Source: an uncultured Candidatus Saccharimonadales bacterium (lineage in GTDB: Bacteria; Patescibacteriota; Saccharimonadia; UBA4664). Taken from it: DNA of 64,000 nucleotides. The notes beneath the pieces are model-generated. The model did no database searches. It saw only the letters and a program-made list of their open reading frames with translations, and was not told the DNA's origin. The translations under genes were made by a program, and so were the position numbers. Positions 9,871 through 17,416 of the stretch are shown here, one piece after another (position 1 is the stretch's first letter; each line of letters opens with the position of its first letter). The stretch covers positions 27,417-91,416 of the forward strand of contig CAZSRA010000004.1 in assembly GCA_964609585.1 (NCBI GenBank), written 5' to 3'.

Positions 9871-10095
9871 ATGACCACTACGGCTACCCGGCCCGGTTCG
9901 GCCTCGGCTTACGTCTGTGAGCACCCGACGCCCTGTCCGGAGGCCCACGCCCCCGACCGCGACGCCGCCTTCATCCGGGCGGCCCACCCGGAGCAGGGCT
10001 GGTCGTTGCTGTGCAACGGCATCGTCCTGTTCGAGGACACCGGCGAGCTCCTGCCCGACGGCAGGTCGATCGCCCCCCACCGGCCCACTGACTGA
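9871..10095 (+). CDS. DUF5999-like small protein (actinobacterial-type), 74 aa
   Basis: motif HPEQGWSLLCNGIVLFEDTGELLPDGRSIAPHRP recalled from Streptomyces-type DUF5999; ~68% GC with C-ending codons on + strand; SD GGAAGGA upstream. Confidence 0.6.
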   Translation: MTTTATRPGSASAYVCEHPTPCPEAHAPDRDAAFIRAAHPEQGWSLLCNGIVLFEDTGELLPDGRSIAPHRPTD

Positions 10096-10145
10096 TAGCC
10101 TACGGGCTGCCGGTGACGCTCGGGGAGGCGTACTCCCCACCTACG

Positions 10146-10184
10146 ACCCATCGACTACGCGCTTCGTGCGCGTGGTCGATGGGT
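10146..10184 (+). terminator. stem-loop after DUF5999-like gene (17-bp near-perfect stem, loop TTCG)
   Basis: acccatcgactacgcgc ttcg tgcgcgtggtcgatgggt. Confidence 0.5.
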
Positions 10185-10292
10185 TACCACCCCGAGTTAT
10201 CGATTGCAATACATCGATGTCTCAGGCTGGTTTTGTTCGATTGACCAGTGGCTATTGCCAGATACGTATAGAAGTGCTAATATACCCGAGTT

Positions 10293-10559
10293 ATGTTAAA
10301 ACCTGAATCTAAAACCAAGGTTATTTCAAGTCTTGCCACACACAAGACCGATACTGGCTCGCCTGAAGTGCAGGTCGGTATCTTTACTGAGCAGATTAAA
10401 GAGCTCACGAAGCATCTTCAAGTTCACAAAAAAGATGAGCACTCTCGTCGTGGCCTTTTGAAGATGGTGAGCAAGCGTCGCCGATTGCTTGATTACTTGA
10501 ACAAGCGTGACCCTTCTCGCTACCAGGACATTTTGAAGAAACTGGACCTGCGTCGGTAA
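10293..10559 (+). CDS. rpsO: 30S ribosomal protein S15
   Basis: 88-aa ORF with S15 signature. Confidence 0.95.
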   Translation: MLKPESKTKVISSLATHKTDTGSPEVQVGIFTEQIKELTKHLQVHKKDEHSRRGLLKMVSKRRRLLDYLNKRDPSRYQDILKKLDLRR

Positions 10560-10582
10560 TTTCTATTCGTTGCTTTTGAAAT

Positions 10583-10606
10583 AAAGGCGGCTTTAGCCGC
10601 CTTTAT
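10583..10606 (+). terminator. rho-independent terminator-like hairpin after rpsO
   Basis: aaaggcggc ttta gccgccttt perfect 9-bp stem. Confidence 0.6.
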
Positions 10607-10782
10607 GGATTTAGAACTACTGCTTTGGACTGGGCGTAATCTGTGGTATAATTGCCGTACAACACATCCAGGTTTTACCAACCTAGACGGTGCGCATGTG
10701 ATTTATATGTGTTAGAGCTTTGGGATTAATGGATCACTCGGTCCTCTGTTAATCTCTTGTCCCTGGTACGTATGCGCCGTCG

Positions 10783-12909
10783 ATGAAGGACTTTATGAAA
10801 CAAGAAATCATTCACCCTTTCGGGGGCAAGACTCAGACGTTTAAAACTGAGTTTTGTGGTCGTGAACTTACTATTGAAACCGGTAAGATGGGCTTTTTGG
10901 CCGATGGCGCCGTAACGGTGCGTTATGGTGACACGGTAGTGCTGGGTACGGCGGTGGTGAGTAATCAGCCGCGGGATGGGGTGGACTTTTTCCCACTTTT
11001 AATTGACTTCGAGGAGCGATTTTACGCTTCGGGGAAGATTTCGGGGAGTCGCTTCATTAAGCGCGAAGGTCGGGCGAGTGAGCATGCGACTTTGAGCGCG
11101 CGGTTGATTGACCGGCCGATTCGGCCGTTGTTTCCGAAGGGCTATCGCAATGACGTGCAGAGTGTGGCGATGGTGATTTCGGCTGATCTTGAGCTAGCAT
11201 CGAACATTATTGCCATGACGGCGGTGTCGACGGCTTTGATGCTTTCTGGTGCGCCGTTTGAGGGGCCGGTGGCTGGGGTACGCGTGGGGCTGATTGACGG
11301 TGAGCTGGTGGCATTTCCGACTGAGGAGCAACTGCAGAATTCCAAGCTCGATCTGACGGTCGCGGGCACGAAAGACGCCATTATGATGGTGGAAGCGGGC
11401 GCGATGGAAGTGGACGAGGAGACGATGATCAAGGCAATTGAGCTCGCACACAAGAGCATTCAGCCGTTGATTAAATTGCAGGAAGAGATCGTAGCGAAGC
11501 TGGGCGTGAAAGAGAAGCCATTTGAGCTGGTGACAGCCGATGAGGAGTTGGTAGCTGCGATTAAGCACTTTTTGACGGGTAAACTAGGGCCAGCAGTGCG
11601 ACACCAAGATCACTACGTGCGCCACGATGCGATTCGCAACCTGGAGAGCGAAGTGGTGGAGCAGTTTGGTGAGAATTATGAGCATGCAAAGATTGAGGTG
11701 GCGTTTCGTAAGACGATAGATTATGAGATTCGCCGGGCGATCGTGGAAGACGGTGAGCGGCCGGATGGTCGCAAAACGACCGAGGTGCGGCCGATTTCCT
11801 CGCAGGTGGGGCTGCTGCCGCGCACGCACGGGAGTGCTTTGTTTACGCGCGGTTCGACCCAGGTGTTGAACGTGACGACGCTGGCTTCGACGACGTTTGC
11901 ACAGTTGATCGACACGATGGAAGAGAACACGACGAAACGCTACATGCACCATTACAATGCGCCGGGTTACTCAGGTGGCGAGGTGAAGCCAATGCGTTCG
12001 CCGGGCCGTCGCGAGATTGGGCACGGGGCTTTGGCCGAGCGAGCGCTTTTGCCAGTGATTCCGTCGGTGGAAGATTTCCCGTACACGATTCGCACGGTGT
12101 CTGAAGTGCTGAGCCAGAATGGTTCGAGCTCGATGGCGAGCGTGTGTGGTTCGACGCTGTCGCTGATGGACGCGGGAGTACCAATCCGAAAGCCCGTGGC
12201 CGGTATTGCGATGGGGCTCATCACCAAGGGTGACGGCGACTACGTGATTTTGAGCGACATCCAAGGTGCTGAGGACTTTGCTGGCGACATGGACTTTAAG
12301 GTCGCAGGTACTAAAGACGGCATTACGGCCTTGCAGATGGACATTAAGGTGAAGGGGATTACGCCGGCGATTATGCGCGACGCCCTGGCGCAGGCTCACA
12401 CGGGTCGGGCGCACATTATGAGCAAGATGATGGAAGTGTTGGACGAGCCGCGAGCTGAAATGAGCCCGTTTGCCCCACGGATTTCGAAGCTGATGATTAA
12501 CCCGGACAAGATCAAGGACGTGATCGGTAAGGGCGGCGAGACGATTAACCGGATTATTGCAGAAACTGGCGTGGAGATCGACATTGAAGATTCGGGTCTG
12601 GTGATGATTGCTTCGGTGGATGCTGAGGGTGCTGAGCGGGCGATTGAGATCATTAAGGGTCTTACCGAGGATCCTGAGGTGGGTACGATTTATACGGGCA
12701 CCGTGGTGAAACTGATGGACTTTGGGGCCTTCGTGAACGTTATGCCGGGCAAAGACGGCTTGGTGCACGTGAGCCAAATGAGCGATCAGCGGGTGGAAAA
12801 GGTAAGTGATGTGGTAAAATTGGGCGACAAGGTGCGCGTGAAGCTGATGGAAATTGATGCGCAGGGACGACTTAATTTGAGCATGAAGGCAGCAGCCGAA
12901 AAAAAGTAA
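10783..12909 (+). CDS. pnp: polynucleotide phosphorylase (PNPase)
   Basis: 708 aa; two RNase PH domains, KH and S1 at C-terminus; long structured 5' UTR. Confidence 0.95.
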   Translation: MKDFMKQEIIHPFGGKTQTFKTEFCGRELTIETGKMGFLADGAVTVRYGDTVVLGTAVVSNQPRDGVDFFPLLIDFEERFYASGKISGSRFIKREGRASEHATLSARLIDRPIRPLFPKGYRNDVQSVAMVISADLELASNIIAMTAVSTALMLSGAPFEGPVAGVRVGLIDGELVAFPTEEQLQNSKLDLTVAGTKDAIMMVEAGAMEVDEETMIKAIELAHKSIQPLIKLQEEIVAKLGVKEKPFELVTADEELVAAIKHFLTGKLGPAVRHQDHYVRHDAIRNLESEVVEQFGENYEHAKIEVAFRKTIDYEIRRAIVEDGERPDGRKTTEVRPISSQVGLLPRTHGSALFTRGSTQVLNVTTLASTTFAQLIDTMEENTTKRYMHHYNAPGYSGGEVKPMRSPGRREIGHGALAERALLPVIPSVEDFPYTIRTVSEVLSQNGSSSMASVCGSTLSLMDAGVPIRKPVAGIAMGLITKGDGDYVILSDIQGAEDFAGDMDFKVAGTKDGITALQMDIKVKGITPAIMRDALAQAHTGRAHIMSKMMEVLDEPRAEMSPFAPRISKLMINPDKIKDVIGKGGETINRIIAETGVEIDIEDSGLVMIASVDAEGAERAIEIIKGLTEDPEVGTIYTGTVVKLMDFGAFVNVMPGKDGLVHVSQMSDQRVEKVSDVVKLGDKVRVKLMEIDAQGRLNLSMKAAAEKK

Positions 12910-12985
12910 AATCGGGCTGATGTGGCATGAGGCCTCTGGCGTTTTTTAAGGCGCGAGGGGCCAAAGGGCCGCAGCAACCAAAAGA

Positions 12986-13579
12986 GTGAGCATGCAGGAA
13001 GAAAAAACAGATAAAGCGGCACAGCTGGCGGAAATAGCTCAGGCGATTGAAGCCAATAATGTGACTCCCCATTTGCGGGCTACGGCTACCCAACTCGTGT
13101 TCGGGACGGGGAGTGTGGACGCGGAGCTAATGTTCATTGGCGAGGCACCGGGGAAGCAGGAAGATCTGCAAGGCGAGCCATTTGTAGGGGCGGCAGGCAA
13201 GTTTTTGAACGAGATGCTGGATTCGATTGGCCTGAAACGGGCGGACATTTACATTAGCAACATCGTGAAATACCGGCCGCCGGACAACCGGGACCCCACG
13301 CCGGAAGAAATAACTGAATTTGTGCCGTATCTGAAGCAACAGATCGCGGTGATACGGCCCAAATTGGTGATATTTCTGGGAAGGCATTCTATGAATGTGT
13401 TCTTGCCGGAGCTTAAGATTAGCCAGGCGCATGGCAAGCCGGTGCGCAAGGGTGGGCAAGTGTATTTGCCATTGTTCCACCCGGCGGCAGCGCTGTATAA
13501 CGGATCGATGCGTGAGACGTTGATGGCAGATTTTGCATTGATTCCGGTGATACTGGAAAAAATTGCTCAAGCTTCCTAA
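12986..13579 (+). CDS. uracil-DNA glycosylase, family 4
   Basis: GEAPGKQEDLQGEPFVGAAGKFL motif typical of family 4 UDG. Confidence 0.85.
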   Translation: MSMQEEKTDKAAQLAEIAQAIEANNVTPHLRATATQLVFGTGSVDAELMFIGEAPGKQEDLQGEPFVGAAGKFLNEMLDSIGLKRADIYISNIVKYRPPDNRDPTPEEITEFVPYLKQQIAVIRPKLVIFLGRHSMNVFLPELKISQAHGKPVRKGGQVYLPLFHPAAALYNGSMRETLMADFALIPVILEKIAQAS

Positions 13580-13658
13580 ATAAATACCACCACATTTAAT
13601 TTGAATAACAACAAAATTTGGCTGCTATATAGCGTAGTCTGAACGAAAGGACCATTCA

Positions 13659-15887
13659 TTGGAACCAAATAAACAACAACCATCAGCCCAAAATGACTCG
13701 GCTGGTACAAATAGCGCGAAGCCTCGGGTGAGTAACCCGGTGGCTGGTAATGCGCCGAAATTGCCCCCAAGGCCGGAGTTTGAGCAGGCGTCGCGTCCGG
13801 CACAGCGACCGTGGCAGGCTCGAACCCCGCGGGCTGACGGTGCGGCGGGCCAAGGTGGGCTGGCGCGACCGGCGGCTAGGCCAGTGGGGCAGCCACCGCG
13901 AAACGGTGCGGCGGGTGTGCGACCGGTGGGCGCTGTGGGTGCACGGCCGGCTGGCGTGCGACCAAATGGGCTAGCGCCGGCGAGTGCTCAGTCCGGCGGT
14001 GTTCGTCCGCAGGGCGGCAATGGTGGCGGTAATCGAGGCGGCGGGAATCGCCGGCGAGGTGGCCAATCACAAGTGCCAAATCACACGGATTTGATGCCCG
14101 CACTCGATGCGATGCCGGTGAACAAGAGCATTTTTAATGGCTTGGCGGGCGTGCAGCAATCGAAGAAGCAGTCCCGTGGACCGGCAAACCAGGTGACGAA
14201 CAGCCCGAAGCTGAAGGTGATGCCTTTGGGCGGCCTGGGTGAGATCGGCAAGAACATGATGGCGATTGAGTATGGCAACGAAATTATTATTTTGGATATG
14301 GGTTTTGCGTTTCCGGACGCGAATCAGCCGGGTGTGGATTACATTTTGCCAGATGTAACGTATCTTGAGAAGAATCGTCATAAGGTGAAGGCGATTGTAA
14401 TTACGCACGGTCACATGGACCACATTGGCGCTTCGGGTTATATGATTCCGAAGTTTCCGGTGCCGATTTATGGCTCACGATTGAGCTTGGGCATGGTAGC
14501 AAAGCAGATCGAAGAGTTTAAGATTCAGACGCCGCGGTTTGTGGTGATGGATCCAGACAAGCACGAAAAGGTGCAAATTGGTAATTTTAGTATTGAGCTG
14601 GTGCGGGTGACGCACACGATTTCGGACGCGACAGCGATTATTATTCGTACGCCGGTGGGCATCATCATCGATACCGGTGACTGGCGCATGGACCCGACGC
14701 CGCTTGACGGCAAAATGATGGACCTGGCGCGGTTTAAGGAGCTGGGCGACGAGGGCGTGCTGCTGCTCATGAGCGACTCCACAAGCTGCGACAAGGTGGG
14801 CCGTGGTGGTAGTGAAAAGCTGGTGGAGCCGACGATTCACGATTTGTTTGGTCGGGCGGACGGACGCATTATTATTTCCACGTTTTCGAGCTCGATTACG
14901 CGGGTGCAGTTGATCATTGAGGCGGCAGCGAAGTCGGGGCGGAAGCTGGCCTTGGTGGGCCGCTCGATGTTGTCGACGATTGAGTTGTGCGTGAAGATGG
15001 GGTACTTGAGCGTGCCGCAGGGGCTGTTGATTCGAGCCCAGGACCTTAGTAATCATCCGGACGGTCAGATTGTAGTGCTTTGTACGGGTTCGCAGGGTGA
15101 GGAAAATTCGGCCTTGTCGCGCATGAGCACGGGTGATCACCAAAATGTGAAGATTAAGCCGGGCGACACAGTGATCTTTAGCTCGAGCGTGATTCCGGGT
15201 AATGAAGTGGCGATTGTGAAGCTGGTAGATAATTTGATGCGCGAAGGGGCGAGCGTGTTTTCGCGCGCGACTGAGGCTTTGCGCGGGCACGGAACGGTGC
15301 ACGTGGGTGGTCACGCTTCGCGCGACGACGTGGCGGATCTCGTGAGTTTGGTGCGACCGAAGTTCTTTATGCCGATCCACGGTGAGTTTCACCACTTGGT
15401 GTACAACTCCGAGGTAGCAGTGGAAAACGGCGTGCCGCGAGAGAACTGCTTTGTGATGGATAATGGGGACGTGCTCGAGCTCACAGCAACGACAGCTCAA
15501 AAGGGTGCACGCATTCCGGCCGGCATGGTGATGGTGGACGGTGCGGGAGTAGGGGATGTGGAAGGTGTGGTGTTGCGCGACCGGTTGGCGCTGGGCGGCG
15601 AAGGTGTGTTTATGATCATTGCTACGGTGAGCCGGAAGACGGGGCGACTGGTGAGTAGCCCGGACATTATTTCGCGCGGCTTCATTTATATGAAGGAGCA
15701 CGAGGAGCTGATTAATTCGGCGCGGGCGGAAGTGCGTAAAGCGTTTGAAAAGCGGACAGTGACGGGCAATCCGAGCCGTGAAGACTGGGCGAAGTTTAAG
15801 CTGCGTTTGCGGGATGACATTGGCGACTTATTGTATTCAAAAACGAAGCGAAATCCCATGGTGCTGCCGGTAATTAACGAAGTTTAG
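13659..15887 (+). CDS. rnj: ribonuclease J (metallo-beta-lactamase/beta-CASP) with ~185-aa Arg/Gly/Pro-rich N-terminal extension
   Basis: HGHMDHIG motif, beta-CASP and C-terminal domain; catalytic part begins ~14215. Confidence 0.9.
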   Translation: MEPNKQQPSAQNDSAGTNSAKPRVSNPVAGNAPKLPPRPEFEQASRPAQRPWQARTPRADGAAGQGGLARPAARPVGQPPRNGAAGVRPVGAVGARPAGVRPNGLAPASAQSGGVRPQGGNGGGNRGGGNRRRGGQSQVPNHTDLMPALDAMPVNKSIFNGLAGVQQSKKQSRGPANQVTNSPKLKVMPLGGLGEIGKNMMAIEYGNEIIILDMGFAFPDANQPGVDYILPDVTYLEKNRHKVKAIVITHGHMDHIGASGYMIPKFPVPIYGSRLSLGMVAKQIEEFKIQTPRFVVMDPDKHEKVQIGNFSIELVRVTHTISDATAIIIRTPVGIIIDTGDWRMDPTPLDGKMMDLARFKELGDEGVLLLMSDSTSCDKVGRGGSEKLVEPTIHDLFGRADGRIIISTFSSSITRVQLIIEAAAKSGRKLALVGRSMLSTIELCVKMGYLSVPQGLLIRAQDLSNHPDGQIVVLCTGSQGEENSALSRMSTGDHQNVKIKPGDTVIFSSSVIPGNEVAIVKLVDNLMREGASVFSRATEALRGHGTVHVGGHASRDDVADLVSLVRPKFFMPIHGEFHHLVYNSEVAVENGVPRENCFVMDNGDVLELTATTAQKGARIPAGMVMVDGAGVGDVEGVVLRDRLALGGEGVFMIIATVSRKTGRLVSSPDIISRGFIYMKEHEELINSARAEVRKAFEKRTVTGNPSREDWAKFKLRLRDDIGDLLYSKTKRNPMVLPVINEV

Positions 15888-16021
15888 GACCAGTATCTGG
15901 GACGCAGAGGTCTCGATCGATTCGTTATAACAAGCATATTTGTGGCTTGTTTCAGGGCCGGTAGTTGCAAGCATTGAGCTATTGAGCAGGCTGCTTGACG
16001 GCCCGGCTTTGTGGTGGCGTG

Positions 16022-16067
16022 TTGCATAAACCTATCCAGAATGATATACTTAACATGTACGTTAAGT
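16022..16067 (+). promoter_or_regulatory. predicted promoter (TTGCAT-N17-TATACT with TG extension) overlapped by palindromic operator ACTTAAC-ATGTAC-GTTAAGT
   Basis: read directly; 7-bp perfect inverted arms at 16048..16067 just upstream of DUF3224 gene. Confidence 0.5.
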
Positions 16068-16087
16068 AAAATAGGATTTAGGTAATT

Positions 16088-16498
16088 GTGAATACAGATA
16101 AGAAATATGCGAAAGCAACTATGACGATAAGCGGGCACTCGGCTGAGCCATATGACGAGCCAAAAGAAGGCCCAAGTCTTATAAAGGGTCATTCTGAAGA
16201 GCGATATAGCGGCGAGATCGCGGGGGTGGGTGTGCTCGAATTTGTGCAGGCGAATCAACAAGATGGATCGGCCACTTTTACCGGGATTAAGCGGATAACC
16301 GGTACGCTCGACGGCAAGCAAGGCTCATTTTTGCTTCAAGATACAGGGACGGTAAAAGGGACGAAGCTTGATGGGGATTGGCTGATTGTGCCAGGGTCGG
16401 GTACGGGTGAGTTGGTTGGGCTTCGTGGTGATGGTGGGATTCATACTGCTGTAGACGCCGACAGTCACCCCGTGCATCTTAATTATTGGTTTGAATAA
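16088..16498 (+). CDS. DUF3224 domain protein
   Basis: 136-aa ORF assigned to the DUF3224 fold family from recalled family features; GTG start, alternative ATG at 16121. Confidence 0.55.
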   Translation: MNTDKKYAKATMTISGHSAEPYDEPKEGPSLIKGHSEERYSGEIAGVGVLEFVQANQQDGSATFTGIKRITGTLDGKQGSFLLQDTGTVKGTKLDGDWLIVPGSGTGELVGLRGDGGIHTAVDADSHPVHLNYWFE

Positions 16499-16530
16499 AC
16501 CTCGCAAAGGTCTCGCTCTGTGTGGCGGGC

Positions 16531-16576
16531 TTGCAAGGACATCAAACTAGGAGTATAGTTAACGAGTATGTTAACT
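16531..16576 (+). promoter_or_regulatory. predicted promoter (TTGCAA-N17-TATAGT) overlapped by palindromic operator AGTTAAC-GAGTAT-GTTAACT that covers the arsR-family start codon (likely leaderless transcript)
   Basis: inverted repeat 16557..16576 read directly; similar half-sites to the 16048 site. Confidence 0.5.
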
Positions 16577-16909
16577 AAAGATGTTAGCCCCGAAGAACTC
16601 AACCTTGTCTTTCTTGCTCTTGGCAACGAGAAACGGCGTGCGATTGTGAATACTCTTTCGTTTCGTCCGGCTACTGTTAGCCAATTGGCGCAAGAACATG
16701 GTTTGTCGCTGCCTTCCATTCACCGGCATATCCGTTCCTTGGAGGAGGCTGGGCTCATTCAGCGACGAAAGGTTGGCCATACCAATTTTGTGGCCATAAA
16801 ACGTGCCGCGCTGAAAGCCGCCCAGGCTTGGATGGGTCAATACCATTTGGAGTGGGGTGACGATGATGAGTCGCTCGAGAATTACATCGACATGCTTAGT
16901 AGAAAGTAA
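16568..16909 (+). CDS. ArsR/SmtB family transcriptional regulator (no metal-binding CxC motif)
   Basis: winged HTH ATVSQLAQEHGLSLPSIHRHIRSLEEAGLI. Confidence 0.75.
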   Translation: MLTKDVSPEELNLVFLALGNEKRRAIVNTLSFRPATVSQLAQEHGLSLPSIHRHIRSLEEAGLIQRRKVGHTNFVAIKRAALKAAQAWMGQYHLEWGDDDESLENYIDMLSRK

Positions 16910-16927
16910 CAAATTGAAGGAGTAACA

Positions 16928-17227
16928 ATGAAGAACTATCTTATCATCAACCACAGTGATGGCACGACTGCCCCGGCCGGCCAAGCGGAGTGGGGGAAGT
17001 ACTTTGAGGTATTGAAGGATAACCTTGTGGACGGTGGCAAGCCAATCACCAAAACCCAGGCTGTGATTAAAGACAACAAGGTTACCGAGGCGTCAGATAC
17101 GGTGGTTGGATATACCATTCTTAAGGCTGAAAGTCTTGATGAAGCGACTGAACTTGTGGTTAAGGCTAGTCCGCTGGCCAATAAGCCTGGCTGTGAAGTT
17201 CGTGTGTATGAAATGATGCAGATGTAA
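16928..17227 (+). CDS. YciI-like / Dabb-fold small protein
   Basis: 99 aa; good SD AAGGAG; pattern VGYTILKAESLDEATELV resembles YciI family. Confidence 0.45.
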   Translation: MKNYLIINHSDGTTAPAGQAEWGKYFEVLKDNLVDGGKPITKTQAVIKDNKVTEASDTVVGYTILKAESLDEATELVVKASPLANKPGCEVRVYEMMQM

Positions 17228-17416
17228 AACGGCTGAAAAAGACAGGGAAGTGGCACATGCTATCTGGCGTGGGCCATTTTTCTTTTGAGGGATGGATTGA
17301 GGCGTAGCTGAATAAAATTGCGCGACGTTATTCGATTTAGCTTCGAGCGGGAGCTGTCTGAACAATTTTTGAGTTCTGATTAGCTTATGCTTGCGATCTG
17401 ATATAATGACACAACG

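Noticed and set aside
9613-10225. ATCGATT-containing short direct repeats flanking the DUF5999 islet as target-site duplication
   Set aside because: Only 7 nt shared and the motif is palindromic (ATCGAT). It could easily be chance. Mentioned only as a hint.
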